Part shown: piece by piece, positions 1-10,566 of the stretch | Layout of the letters: each line of letters begins with the position of its first letter | Numbering within the stretch: the stretch's first letter is position 1 | IMG/VR virus record: IMGVR_UViG_3300031576_000022 | Span: 1-64,000 of that record | DNA: 64,000 nt | DNA from: a virus | Strand: one strand, 5' to 3' | Translations under genes and position numbers: made by a program | The notes under the pieces: model-generated | Told to the model about the DNA's origin: nothing | Database searches by the model: none | The model's input: only the letters and a program-made list of their open reading frames with translations

Positions 1-149
1 ATCCGCGGCGGGGAGCGTGAAAAATTTTTGGGATTTTTTTGGGTCGTGTGCCAATTTCAGGCACGAAATTTGCTTGTGGTGAAAATATTCTGCGTTTTTG
101 GTGATTTTTGATTGACAAAATGATTTCGGTAGATTTTGATATATAGATC

Positions 150-575
150 ATGTCTGATAAATCGAAGATGGGTCGAGTTAGAGGAAGATTTATTCGTGAA
201 GCCATGATGAATTGTTATTATTGCGGAATTCTTACTGTAGAATATATCGATGATTCAAATTATATAGATCGTGCTGGGAGATTTTATATAGATGATGTTA
301 ATGATCTTTATTGCGATGATCGTGTTTTGACTGTAGATCATCTTATTCCTGTATGTGTTGGTGGAGAGACTGTAAAAGATAATCTTGTTCCATCGTGCAA
401 TAGATGTAATATACTGAAAGATGATAATACTATTGATAGATTTATAGCTGAATATCCTAATATAACAGACAATATTGCTTGTAGGATTAAAAACGCAAGG
501 ACTGGTATAGATAATATTGTTAAAAACAGGATACGAGTAAGAATACAAGGGAAGTGGAAATATGTCAGACAATAA
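150..575 (+). CDS. HNH endonuclease
   Basis: CYYCG ... TVDHLIP..GG....NLVPSCNRCNILK, the Zn-binding HNH signature. Confidence 0.85.
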   Translation: MSDKSKMGRVRGRFIREAMMNCYYCGILTVEYIDDSNYIDRAGRFYIDDVNDLYCDDRVLTVDHLIPVCVGGETVKDNLVPSCNRCNILKDDNTIDRFIAEYPNITDNIACRIKNARTGIDNIVKNRIRVRIQGKWKYVRQ

Positions 576-729
576 CTCTATTGAATTTTTTAGAAGTGTA
601 GGCCATGAATCTCTTGTTAAGTTATATGATAAATATATTGATGAATCCATTGGATTGATTGGAATAATGGTGTATGAACAAATGGCTGGAAGAAATGCTG
701 GCGCCGATCTTTATTGGCTATGGAGATAA
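562..729 (+). CDS. small hypothetical protein (55 aa, below ORF-track cutoff)
   Basis: Read by eye: ATG 562 overlaps the HNH gene end, MSDNNSIEFF...LYWLWR, stop abuts next ORF. Confidence 0.5.
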   Translation: MSDNNSIEFFRSVGHESLVKLYDKYIDESIGLIGIMVYEQMAGRNAGADLYWLWR

Positions 730-1053
730 TTGATAGCTATGGAAGATGAACTAGATCCCAATCGCGAATATTATAAATCATTTGATTTGGAAATTGATGA
801 TGGAGGGCTTGATGGATTAAGTCCGCAGCAAGTATTTGTATTGGGTTGCGAATTCGTTTCTATCTATGAATCTTTATCTCATGCAATGGATTCAGGTTCT
901 ACTGCGTTTAGCTTTGTTGTGCGCCCAGATAACAGAGATAGGTTAGAAAGGGCATGCGAAAAGTTTAGGTTTGCTGCAAAGTTTTCTCCATTTATGGGAG
1001 TGCCAGGAGATTGTTGGTTATTGCTTAATGCCTATATTATTGGTGATCTCTAA
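730..1053 (+). CDS. hypothetical phage protein
   Basis: Tightly packed + strand ORF; start may be ATG 739. Confidence 0.6.
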   Translation: MIAMEDELDPNREYYKSFDLEIDDGGLDGLSPQQVFVLGCEFVSIYESLSHAMDSGSTAFSFVVRPDNRDRLERACEKFRFAAKFSPFMGVPGDCWLLLNAYIIGDL

Positions 1054-1285
1054 CACCCGATTATTGTCGACAACTATCAGTCGTTGCTAGCGCGCGGAAT
1101 ATTTCCCCTACTGGGCATCCTTGTGGCGGCCCAGTTTTGTTTTTACGATATCTCGATATCGATATAGGATTGATTGGAGCGAGATGGAGTGATATCGGCA
1201 CTGGATTTGCTACGCGCGCGAGCTTATTGAATATATAGATGGATAGACGAGCGAGCGAGCGATGGAATGTATGAGAAAAATTTGA

Positions 1286-2428
1286 TTGCAAAACGATTTT
1301 GGTTTGATTATGATGGCGGGCATGGCTGAAGAATATATGATTCCGTCAAGGGATTTAGAATCTCCGTTTGTTCAGGCGATTATTAATGGTGCTGGAATTG
1401 ATATTGAATCTGTAAGAAAGGTTACGATTGTGTACGAGGCTGGATCATTTGCTACTGTGTATATTGAGATGTATTTTGATGGAGATATTGACAAGACATT
1501 TACAGATGAATATTATTTGAGGATCTTTAAGAAAGGTTTGATTGCAATCATAAAAACAAGCAAAAGTATGAATGGAGCATTAATGGTATGGACAGTAAGA
1601 CTGAGGTTGAAAAGATGATAGATCAAACGATTATGCATGAAAAAATTGCAATTGAAGATTCCAATCTACCATTTCTTGTTATAAGATTACGTGATGAATT
1701 TGCGAGGCTAGCAATGGTTGAATTAATTAGACTTGATGTTGTTTATGAAGAAATACCTGCGATTTCTTATAAAATAGCTGATGGAATGATAGCTACAAGA
1801 TTGATGTATCAATAATTGAAGCTTGATATTAAAAGTGATTCAATTAATTCTAGTGTTAAAAGTGAGCCACAGTGCCAGCATGAGTGGTATGATATAAGCA
1901 GAACAATGAGATGGATTGAATTTGATGTTAAGTATTTATGTAAGCTGTGCTGTGAAGAAGTAAAACACAGTGACTTACCGCCGTAAACATAGGTGGAATA
2001 ATGAATAGTAATCCAGGATTTAATGACATTATTGACATTGCTTACAGAAATAAGTTTAAAATAAAAAAGGTTAGTAGTAGTGAGCCCAATATCTATGGTT
2101 GGTATGTGGATGTATTTGAGATATGCGTGCCGAATAAAATGTCAAATCTGGCAATGGCGTTACTAAGGCCAAAACTTGAAGTTTTGGATGTTGATGCGAT
2201 ATTGAACGGCGAATTAAGGAGGATGTAGGCATGTCCAGTGATATCGAGAAAGCGAACGATATGATTATTGATAAGATTAAGAAAAATTTGATTATGTTGG
2301 TCGAATTGTCTGCGGTAGATCCTTCAGTTAAAGTTGATGCTATGAAACTTTTGTTTAAGGTTATTAAACAAGAAAAACGTGATATGATTTTGTATGGTAT
2401 ATCGTACATGGGACAACAAATTAAGTAG
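1286..2428 (+). CDS. run of small hypothetical genes (1286-1618, 1588-1815, 2001-2228, 2231-2428)
   Basis: Co-oriented, abutting or overlapping ORFs typical of a phage accessory region; no motifs recognised. Confidence 0.55.
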
Positions 2429-2463
2429 GATGTAGGCATGTTTATACATATGAGGTAATTGTA

Positions 2464-3054
2464 ATGGCAGTTAAGGCTTACCATGCAACGACGTTAGGTG
2501 GTGCTAAAGGCATTATAGAATCTGGTGTTTTTAATGCTGGTTGTTATTTTGCATTTGATATTGTGATTGCGTTAAGGTTTGCTGGACCAATCGTGTTTGA
2601 AGTTGAGTTCGATGAAAAACTATTTAGTGGTATGTCTGGCGATGAGGCATGGCAGTTTTGGTTGCGAGAAGATCTGATGGTTGATCGTTTAGTATCTAGG
2701 CATTGGACGGATGAGCATAATATGAAAGAAGATGACACTGTATTGGAGAATGGCGTCGAATATTTTAATAATAATATTCGTAGGTTGAGTATTATTGATG
2801 AAATAAAACAGGAAAGGTCTAATCAAATTAATAATGGTTACGATAGTAATCATGATGATAATCATACGGAAGGAGAAATAAGGAAAGCAGCTATTTGTTA
2901 CGCTATTTCATTTTATGATAAAGATGAAGCTGTTGATTGGTGGCCGTGGGATTCGTATCAGTTTAAACATAAAAAGACTGGTAGGGATGCTTTGATCGTT
3001 GCTGCTGCATTGCTCGTTGCTGAAATTGAAAGGCTCGATAGGATTGATATTTAA
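2464..3054 (+). CDS. two-domain protein: ADP-ribosyltransferase-like N-terminus plus conserved phage helical domain
   Basis: YHATT....GIIESG...GCYFA....A..FA...VFEVE (ART-like); ER..Q...GYD..HDD.H..GE...AA.CYA...WWPW....FK......L..AAALLVAEIERLDR. Confidence 0.55.
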   Translation: MAVKAYHATTLGGAKGIIESGVFNAGCYFAFDIVIALRFAGPIVFEVEFDEKLFSGMSGDEAWQFWLREDLMVDRLVSRHWTDEHNMKEDDTVLENGVEYFNNNIRRLSIIDEIKQERSNQINNGYDSNHDDNHTEGEIRKAAICYAISFYDKDEAVDWWPWDSYQFKHKKTGRDALIVAAALLVAEIERLDRIDI

Positions 3055-3114
3055 AATGATAAGATGAAGATGAAAAATGAGTGATAACCGCGAAGTTCGA
3101 TCCAACTCAAAAGT

Positions 3115-4984
3115 ATGAGGTTTATTAACATGCATGTTGAAGAATACTGGAAAATTCATAAGGATAAAAGGTACAGGGTATCTGATAGCAATGGATTTCC
3201 CAATAGTATTGGTGGACATGATTTAGAAATGACACAAACTTGTACTAGTTTTTATAATTTTGTAAGAGAGTATTTTCCAATTAATTGTGTTCCTGGTTAT
3301 ATTAATGTTATGTTGGAGGCTATGAAGAAAAATGCTGAGCAATTTGAATCGTTTGCTGAGACGATATTGAATGATATTTGTATATTAGAACAGGAGAAGA
3401 TTAAGCATGAGGATATCGAGCGAAATGGGATTAGTGGTAAGATGGAAAATGTTAGAGTTACCATAGATAGGGTTGAATGATGAAGTGGACTAGACTGTAT
3501 GGATTAAAAAGTATTGGACTTACTGATGACAATGGTACAATATCAAGTAATGAATTATGCTATATTGTGTTTTGTCCAGATGGGAAAAATTGGCCTAGAG
3601 TTGTGGTTAGTGCCTGGTTGTTTCCGTCAGAAGTATATTACAATACTGATTTAGAAAATATATCATGGATAAAGATAGGTGCTTCATATAAGAAAAATAG
3701 TAAATCATGGTGGTTAGGGTGTGATATTCCTCCTGGATGTATGTCTGATGTGATTCTAATGCTTAATGAAGCCGAGAGAATAGCTAAGGAGCGCGGATAT
3801 GCCAGAACTTGATAATAACGGACTATCAGATCCAGCACTTTATAGTTTTGGAATAGATGTTGCGTCGATTGGTGCTAATAGCCAATTAAAAGATGCCATT
3901 AAAGAGATTAGAGCATGGAGGCGATTGTTTGAAATTGACGGGTTGGAAGTTTTCAAGGCAAGTATTATTGATAAACGAATTGAGATTAAGATTGAATGTC
4001 CGATGGTAAATAGCAGTGGAGATAGCATTGGAAATGATGGTTTGATTGTGTTTATGCATAGAAACGGATGGAGAGCAGTTGAGACTGGACCAAAATATAT
4101 GGGCAGCTTTAAATATGATATAAGTACGTTTCAAGGAATATTCGTAAGATATGACTGGTCTATACACTGTATCTCTATATCAAAGCAAGATTATCACAAA
4201 TAAAATGTCACAAATAAATGCTAAGATTAAGCTTATTGATATTATCAATAAAATTCCAGAAGAATTATTGAGTGATGGTGTAATTGAAGCAATCAATAAG
4301 TTGGTCCCAGCTTTATGCTGGATATCATCAACGCCTCAAGGAGAATCTAGGCTATGAGTATCGATGAAAACACAAAAAAATATACAACAGGTGATCTTTC
4401 GGTCATTGTAAATCAAAGTTTTGATATTATCATACAAGAAATTATTCGTTTGAAGAATGGATGGATGGATGAGAAGAGGATTAATTTGCAATTGCGAATT
4501 GATATTGAAAACTTGAAGAATAGTGATGCATTGTTAGGTGATGCTAGATATATTGTAAGGAAGATGGCAAGGGCCGAGCAAAATTTCAAGCATATACAGT
4601 CTGAACTTTCCGATGCACAGGCAGAATTGATGAAAAGAGATATTACTATTAAGAATATGAACCAAGAAAATTCATTATTGAAAGATCAAATTGATAAGTT
4701 AATGAATGAAATGGTTATTATGGCTGGAAATAAAATTGAAAATGATGCAATTACGGAAAATGTATAAGATGAGTGAAGATCATAGATGGTCTGGATGGCC
4801 AGGTGCTTGGTGTTTGGATTGTTGGATTGAAGATCCTCGTGAAGTATGTTTGGCTGATGGTCATGATGTTGATTGTTCTTTGCCTGATTGCCAGGTTAAG
4901 CCGTGTATGGAGCTAGGAAGTTGTCGATGTGACCCGTATAAGCCTAAAACACGAATATTGAATAATTATGAAAATCCAATTTAA
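3115..4984 (+). CDS. run of hypothetical genes (3115-3480, 3477-3812, 3799-4203, 4354-4767 coiled-coil, 4706-4984 Cys/Trp-rich)
   Basis: Overlapping stop/start junctions, same strand. Confidence 0.55.
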
Positions 4985-5232
4985 ACCAAATTTATTTTCA
5001 ACTGAAAACAGGATTGTGTTGACAAGAATTTATATCTAATGAAATACTTGTATACGGAAGGCCGGTGCGCGGATTTCAAGTTTACGACCATACAAAAACA
5101 CCAGACCTTTTCCCTACTGAGCCTTGTGTGATATAATATTGTTTGGAACCGTTTTGCCTTTTTATAATTTTATTTTATTTTTTAGGCAAAATATTGGCTG
5201 TTGTTGAATGAAAGCAAACAAAGGGGAGATTT

Positions 5233-5556
5233 ATGGCTGATTCAGTATCAAAAGTCGGTGTATTCAATGGTGTATCGGAAGAGGTTATTTTGGCAGTTCC
5301 TGGTCCTATTTTAGTTACACCGTTGCTTGTACAGGGTGAGTTATCTGTAGTTAGGTTTACAATTTCTGGGTCTGTTGCTGCTATTTTTACGCTTATTGGA
5401 TGGGCTACATTTCCCATGGAAATACATAATGGTGTTGCTACTGCATCGAAGACATTTGTTGTTGAGGTTAGAGCTGGAATGTCGTTGAATATTGTTAGTG
5501 ATACTGCTGGAACATTTAAGGTTATTGCAAGTGAAGTTATCGGTGGGGTGATTTAG
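5233..5556 (+). CDS. small beta-rich protein, possible virion accessory
   Basis: AAGGGGAG RBS; Val/Gly/Ala/Thr-rich, low charge. Confidence 0.6.
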   Translation: MADSVSKVGVFNGVSEEVILAVPGPILVTPLLVQGELSVVRFTISGSVAAIFTLIGWATFPMEIHNGVATASKTFVVEVRAGMSLNIVSDTAGTFKVIASEVIGGVI

Positions 5557-5558
5557 AT

Positions 5559-6146
5559 ATGAGCAGTTTTGGTGGACCGGAGCTTGATAGTATTCCAGGG
5601 GCAAATGGAACTAATGGGACCAATGGTACTAATGGTACCAACGGAACTAATGGTACTAATGGAACTAATGGAACCAATGGCACTAATGGTGCCAACGGTA
5701 TGTCTATTTTTGCGATATATGAAGATCAAAAATCTGCTGGAACGGCTGGTGGCACATTTACTAGTGGTGCATGGCAGACTAGGGTTTTGAATACAGAAGT
5801 TACGGACTTATCTTCTTTGGGAACGCTTGCTGCAAATCAAGTTACATTAATTGCTGGTACATACTATGTTCAAGCCAGGGGTCCAAGACAACAGGTTGGT
5901 GCTTCTAAGCTTAGACTCCAAGATATTACGAATACTGTTACGTTAATTCTTGGATCAAGTGGGTTTGGTGGTGCAGTAGTTGCTCAAGGTGATGATTTTT
6001 TTGCTGGAAGATTTGTTTTATCTGGTCCAACTGCTGTAGAAGTTCAGCATATTTGTAGTGTAACTTCTGCTACGATTGGATTTGGAACTGCTGGCGGGTT
6101 TGGAATTGAAACTTATACTCAAGTTGTGTTTTTTAAGATTGCATAA
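5559..6146 (+). CDS. collagen-like (Gly-X-Y) fibre/spike protein with beta-sandwich head
   Basis: GAN(GTN)nGANG triplet repeat at about 5598-5700 followed by a beta-rich domain. Confidence 0.75.
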   Translation: MSSFGGPELDSIPGANGTNGTNGTNGTNGTNGTNGTNGTNGTNGANGMSIFAIYEDQKSAGTAGGTFTSGAWQTRVLNTEVTDLSSLGTLAANQVTLIAGTYYVQARGPRQQVGASKLRLQDITNTVTLILGSSGFGGAVVAQGDDFFAGRFVLSGPTAVEVQHICSVTSATIGFGTAGGFGIETYTQVVFFKIA

Positions 6147-6174
6147 TATATTATAAATATCTGTTTATTATTAT

Positions 6175-6218
6175 AAAACAGATCGATTATTAAAATAATT
6201 GGTCTGTTTTGTGTTTTT
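6175..6218 (+). terminator. intrinsic terminator
   Basis: AAAACAGATCGATTAT/ATAATTGGTCTGTTTT hairpin followed by T-rich tract. Confidence 0.55.
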
Positions 6219-6522
6219 ATGGTTGATTTTTTTTGTTTTTTTTATTGTAAATTAAAATAGATGTATTGGATTATTCGATATGGCCTTAATTTTCATTCAT
6301 TTTTTAAATTGAAAAATCGATTTGGATTGATATGATGGAGCCTGTTCGGGAAAAAATCGTAGGCAGTCTTGATTTGGGGTGCAAAAGATCCTTTAGGTTG
6401 GCCCAGGATCGACGATTCGACCTGATTGGACCTTGGATATATGTTGCAGCCCGATCGGCCTGGTAGGGAATGAGGGGCCTTTAGGCTTGCTTGACTCTTA
6501 TTTACTTGGAAAAGAGAAAACA

Positions 6523-6927
6523 ATGAACCAAAAAATTGATAATAATATATCAAAAAAAGATATAATGAATGATGGACGTCGTTTGTCTGGAATTTTATGT
6601 CCAAAATGTCGTGATGAATCGAGGGCATCTTATGTTGTTGATTCTCGTGGTCACCTTGGTGGAAAACATATAAGGCGTAGACGGAATTGTATGAAATGTT
6701 CGTATAGATTTACTACGTATGAGACGGTTGGTATTGTAGTTGGAGATATAAATTCTCTTTCTACTATTTCAAAAGAAAAATCATTTGAAATGCCAAGAAA
6801 AATAGCGGAAGAATTGGTTGTTGCTTTACAAAAATTTATTTTTAGTTTGGATGAACATGGTAATGGAAAAGATGTATTATATGTTCGCAAGCAAGGAAAT
6901 GAAAATAACCAAATAGGGGATGATTAA
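6523..6927 (+). CDS. NrdR-like Zn-ribbon protein without a recognisable ATP-cone
   Basis: CPKC....S.VVDSR...G..IRRRRNC.KC..RFTTYE matches the NrdR N-terminal domain; ATG 6523 chosen over TTG 6433. Confidence 0.75.
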   Translation: MNQKIDNNISKKDIMNDGRRLSGILCPKCRDESRASYVVDSRGHLGGKHIRRRRNCMKCSYRFTTYETVGIVVGDINSLSTISKEKSFEMPRKIAEELVVALQKFIFSLDEHGNGKDVLYVRKQGNENNQIGDD

Positions 6928-6929
6928 AA

Positions 6930-7427
6930 ATGATCATGCATTATTCTTTGGCGATTCCTGATTGTCGTGTTGCCGCTACTGGTGGGTTTGTTGGAACTGT
7001 TACTAGATTTGCTCCTAAATATTCTCCAAATGGTAATTATATTTTTTGGGGAGCTTCTGTTGGACTTAACGAGCTTTGGTTTCCGTGTTTTAATCTTCCG
7101 TTACTAAAATCGATTGGTGGTCCACAAAAATTATCTGTTTGGGTTACCTTGAGTAAGGGTAGCGATTTAAATCCAATTTTTATTGAAGTTTCTCTTAAGT
7201 ATAAAATGATATTTTCTGGTGGATTTCTAAATGAATTGGCTCCTATAGAAGATCCTATTACAATGGAAGAAAGAAATTATAGGATATATGACATATCTGT
7301 TTATTCACCTGAGATTGTATTTATACAAATAAGTAGAATTTCGTTGAAATTTAATATGAATGAAAGCGACGAAATAAGATTGCATGCTGCTTGGGTTGAA
7401 TATCAGGATGCTTTCTATAATATTTAA
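6930..7427 (+). CDS. beta-rich protein, paralog family member 1
   Basis: Ends SDEIRLHAAWVEY; aligns by eye with 7621-8220. Confidence 0.7.
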   Translation: MIMHYSLAIPDCRVAATGGFVGTVTRFAPKYSPNGNYIFWGASVGLNELWFPCFNLPLLKSIGGPQKLSVWVTLSKGSDLNPIFIEVSLKYKMIFSGGFLNELAPIEDPITMEERNYRIYDISVYSPEIVFIQISRISLKFNMNESDEIRLHAAWVEYQDAFYNI

Positions 7428-7620
7428 ATGAGGTATAATATTTAAATGAGACTACAAATGATTGATATTGTATATGCTGGTCAATCGAAAATTGCAATGA
7501 TTAATTCATATGTTTAATTAGGATGCATTTTAAAATGTAAAATCTTTTTCCATAAGATTTGTGTTTTTTAAAAAAAATGATAAAATAATTTAGTTGTAAA
7601 TTCAAAAAGGAATCATAAAA

Positions 7621-8220
7621 ATGACGCCCCCTCGTGCATCAACTAGATATAAAAATGACCATATTTTGCGTGCATGGTTTGCGATGGAAGGTGAACCGAG
7701 TGTTCCATTATTTTTTCAGCAAACAAGATTTGTTTCACTTCCGCTACGCGAAGCAAGGATTGCATCTACTAATGCATTGATTGGTGCTGCTACAGCTCCG
7801 TTATATGATGTAGCTCAAAACCGTATTGAATGGGCTGCTGGTACAGCTCCCGCTGCAATTTTTCTTCCGTGCGCTGGATTACCACTTTTGATTGGTAGAG
7901 GCTTTAATGCATTTACTTTGACAGGAATTTTTAGTAAGTCAAGCAATGTGGATGATATTACTCCTGTTACCGATCAAAAGTTAAGTTCATTTGTTATATC
8001 TGGAATTGGTCTTGCAATATTTACAAATACATTGGATACTGAAGAAGGGGTTCCTTTTATTGAATCAAGGCTTCTGTTGAGATCAACAAGTATTTCTCAG
8101 GGATTAAACATGACATCAACTGTTGGTGGTCAATTGAATTCAATTTCTCTTGATATAACTGCAAATCCAAGCGATGAAGTAAGATTGCATGCTATTTGGC
8201 TTGAATATAAGGTTGCTTAA
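7621..8220 (+). CDS. beta-rich protein, paralog family member 2
   Basis: AAAGGA RBS; ends SDEVRLHAIWLEY. Confidence 0.7.
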   Translation: MTPPRASTRYKNDHILRAWFAMEGEPSVPLFFQQTRFVSLPLREARIASTNALIGAATAPLYDVAQNRIEWAAGTAPAAIFLPCAGLPLLIGRGFNAFTLTGIFSKSSNVDDITPVTDQKLSSFVISGIGLAIFTNTLDTEEGVPFIESRLLLRSTSISQGLNMTSTVGGQLNSISLDITANPSDEVRLHAIWLEYKVA

Positions 8221-8236
8221 GGTTGTTTAAAGATAT

Positions 8237-8275
8237 AAACAAAAAAAACCAGACCTAAGCCTGGTTTTTTTGTTT
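8237..8275. terminator. bidirectional intrinsic terminator
   Basis: A-tract-CCAG / CTGG-T-tract inverted repeat between convergent genes. Confidence 0.7.
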
Positions 8276-8291
8276 AATATTGATTGAATTA

Positions 8292-8843
8292 TTACAGTGC
8301 GCGAACCTCAACTCCCATTAGTGTCACAATCGTATCATTGACTGTTACGTTTACTTGAATTGCATGCATAACCATCAACGATTGCAATCCAACCGCTGCT
8401 GGTGCTGGCATTACCGTTTGAATCAGTGCTCCAGCGTCATTGGTGCGAACCGTAAATTGTCCACCAATTGTAAATGTTTTTGTAAAGGTTGGTGAGACAA
8501 AAACTGGCTGCGTTAGTCCACCAATAGAACCGACATTAACAAATGGAGAAACAATCATTGTTACTGTAACGGCTCCAGCCGGAATTCGAACATAAAGGGC
8601 GACTCTAAATCCGCCGCTAGCTCTTGTGCTTCCTATTGCTGACTGAAACGGGATTAGTGCGATTCCTGTAGTTGCTGTATCCCATACGATATTATTGGCA
8701 GCGGTTAGCATTGGCGTAGATGCTACACCAAGGTTTGCACCGGCACCGTTACGAGCGAGTATATGACTTGGTGCTGGAAAGAGTCCGGCCATTGCCGTAT
8801 TCGGATTAATTGATAGACCTTTTCTCGATGCTGGACCTGGCAT
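8292..8843 (-). CDS. beta-rich protein, paralog family member 3 (divergent)
   Basis: AAAGGAG RBS; LGVASTPMLTAANNIVW resembles IGAATAPLYDVAQNRIEW of member 2. Confidence 0.65.
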   Translation of the reverse strand: MPGPASRKGLSINPNTAMAGLFPAPSHILARNGAGANLGVASTPMLTAANNIVWDTATTGIALIPFQSAIGSTRASGGFRVALYVRIPAGAVTVTMIVSPFVNVGSIGGLTQPVFVSPTFTKTFTIGGQFTVRTNDAGALIQTVMPAPAAVGLQSLMVMHAIQVNVTVNDTIVTLMGVEVRAL

Positions 8844-8938
8844 GGACCGACTCCTTTAGGTCGATTTGCTGTAGAACTGAGCGAACCATTCGCTCAACTC
8901 GCAAGCAATTTCACTGAAGCATATCACAATTTATGTAA

Positions 8939-9181
8939 TTATCCTTCTTGACCTGGAATAATTTTTCCTGATCCATAATTTATATTGATTCTTTTTGTTG
9001 GTTTTTCAGATAATTGTTTTTCAAGAAATTCAATGCGAATCTTCATTGTGATATTTTCTATAATCAATTGATCAATATTTAATTCTGTAGGTAATCTGAT
9101 AGTATTAATAGATTTAAATACAAAATCCCCACCACATTTTGAACAATAAAAATATCCATCATTATCATTTATATTTGCCAT
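8939..9181 (-). CDS. small hypothetical protein with CxxC
   Basis: FYCSKCGG; a motif copy lies 12 nt upstream of the ATG. Confidence 0.5.
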   Translation of the reverse strand: MANINDNDGYFYCSKCGGDFVFKSINTIRLPTELNIDQLIIENITMKIRIEFLEKQLSEKPTKRININYGSGKIIPGQEG

Positions 9182-9394
9182 TACAGAAAGCGCTTTCCCC
9201 TACTGGGATACGAAGTTTTTATAGTCCTTAGATAACCATCCACAATTTTCGCATTTGGCTCTAATAATTCTTGGATTGTTTATCATTGTTTTTGCACGAA
9301 TTATTTTTCCACATATAGGGCATGATATTTTCAATGGATTCCAGACTATCATTGGCTCGCTACCACGAGCGGTTGCATTGCAGCCTCATCCCAA

Positions 9395-10222
9395 TTAATT
9401 ATCCTCCCAATCGTCGATTCCAATAACCTCAACCTTTCTTCTTATTTCATTTATTGTTGAATATAAAATTTGTCGGATTCTTTCTCTTGTTAATTCTGGT
9501 TTTATTTCTTTTGATATTTCCTTTAATGTCATTGATTGATGGTATCCAATTCCATATCTCATTTTTATTATTTTTTGTGTTCTCTCTGGAAGATTATTTA
9601 TAAGTTTAGCAACTTCGTGTATACATTCAGATGACATTATATTTTTTAGTGTAGTATTTCCTTCTGATGGTTCATGAATTATATTGTCAGTAGATACTAC
9701 AGTATGTACAGAATTAGCTTGTATAATTGCATTAATTGTAGAATGTGTTATCTTGCATCCCTTTCCTATTGCATATGGAATCATTGGTTTGATTGCTAAG
9801 TTATGATCTCCTCGTGCAGATAGTATATTTTTTATTTTTTCTATTCTTTTTCTGATAAATTGCATATAAGATGGAACTCTAATTCTTCCAGAAGATTCAA
9901 TTGCTCTTAATATTTTTTGTGTAATCCATAATGTTGCATAAGTTGAAAATTTAAATCCTGCGCTTGGATTAAATTTTCTTATTGCATTAAATAATCCAAT
10001 ATTTCCTTCTGATATTAAATCTTCAAAAAGAACACCTTTTCCTATATATTTTTTTGCTATAAGTATTACAAGGCGAAGGTTTGATGTAATTAATTTATTT
10101 CTTGCTTCAATATCACCAGATAACGACCTAAGTGAAAGTGATACTTCTTCTTCTTTTGTAAGTAGTTTATATTTTGATATTTCTTTAAAATATAAAAAAA
10201 TATCAATTTGAAGTTTACTCAT
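9395..10222 (-). CDS. RNA polymerase sigma-70 family factor (RpoD/RpoS-like, no region 1.1)
   Basis: LLTKEEE (1.2), NLRLVILIAKKY..EDLISEGNIGL..KF.P..GFKFSTYATLWI (2), IRVP, TLKEI...LTRERIRQI (4.2). Confidence 0.92.
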   Translation of the reverse strand: MSKLQIDIFLYFKEISKYKLLTKEEEVSLSLRSLSGDIEARNKLITSNLRLVILIAKKYIGKGVLFEDLISEGNIGLFNAIRKFNPSAGFKFSTYATLWITQKILRAIESSGRIRVPSYMQFIRKRIEKIKNILSARGDHNLAIKPMIPYAIGKGCKITHSTINAIIQANSVHTVVSTDNIIHEPSEGNTTLKNIMSSECIHEVAKLINNLPERTQKIIKMRYGIGYHQSMTLKEISKEIKPELTRERIRQILYSTINEIRRKVEVIGIDDWEDN

Positions 10223-10499
10223 TTTTATATTTTAATAATTTATCTACCATTATTGCAATAAGTATTCCAGTAATAATTTCTCCTAAACCGTAATGAATTA
10301 TATATGAACCATGTATTATTAGATAAAAAAATATTATAGATGATACAATGGTTACGAATGATATTATAAATTGTTTTGTTTTTGGAAATGGCATAATATC
10401 TCCACCACCAATTCCAATAACAAGTTTATCACTATCTGGTTTTTCTTGTTCTTTATGATTCTGCATGGGATCGCGCCATCTATTTATTGGCAAAACCAT
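10215..10499 (-). CDS. small membrane protein (2 predicted TM segments)
   Basis: Two hydrophobic stretches; overlaps sigma start. Confidence 0.5.
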   Translation of the reverse strand: MVLPINRWRDPMQNHKEQEKPDSDKLVIGIGGGDIMPFPKTKQFIISFVTIVSSIIFFYLIIHGSYIIHYGLGEIITGILIAIMVDKLLKYKNE

Positions 10500-10566
10500 A
10501 CATCTTCTTTCTTTATGTAAAATCTTATAAATTCTTTTATTAAATTTTGATTATTAAAATTTTGTT

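Noticed and set aside
7416-7450. Tandem TATAATATTTAAATGAG x2
   Set aside because: Two AT-rich copies at a gene end; a simple local duplication with no further support
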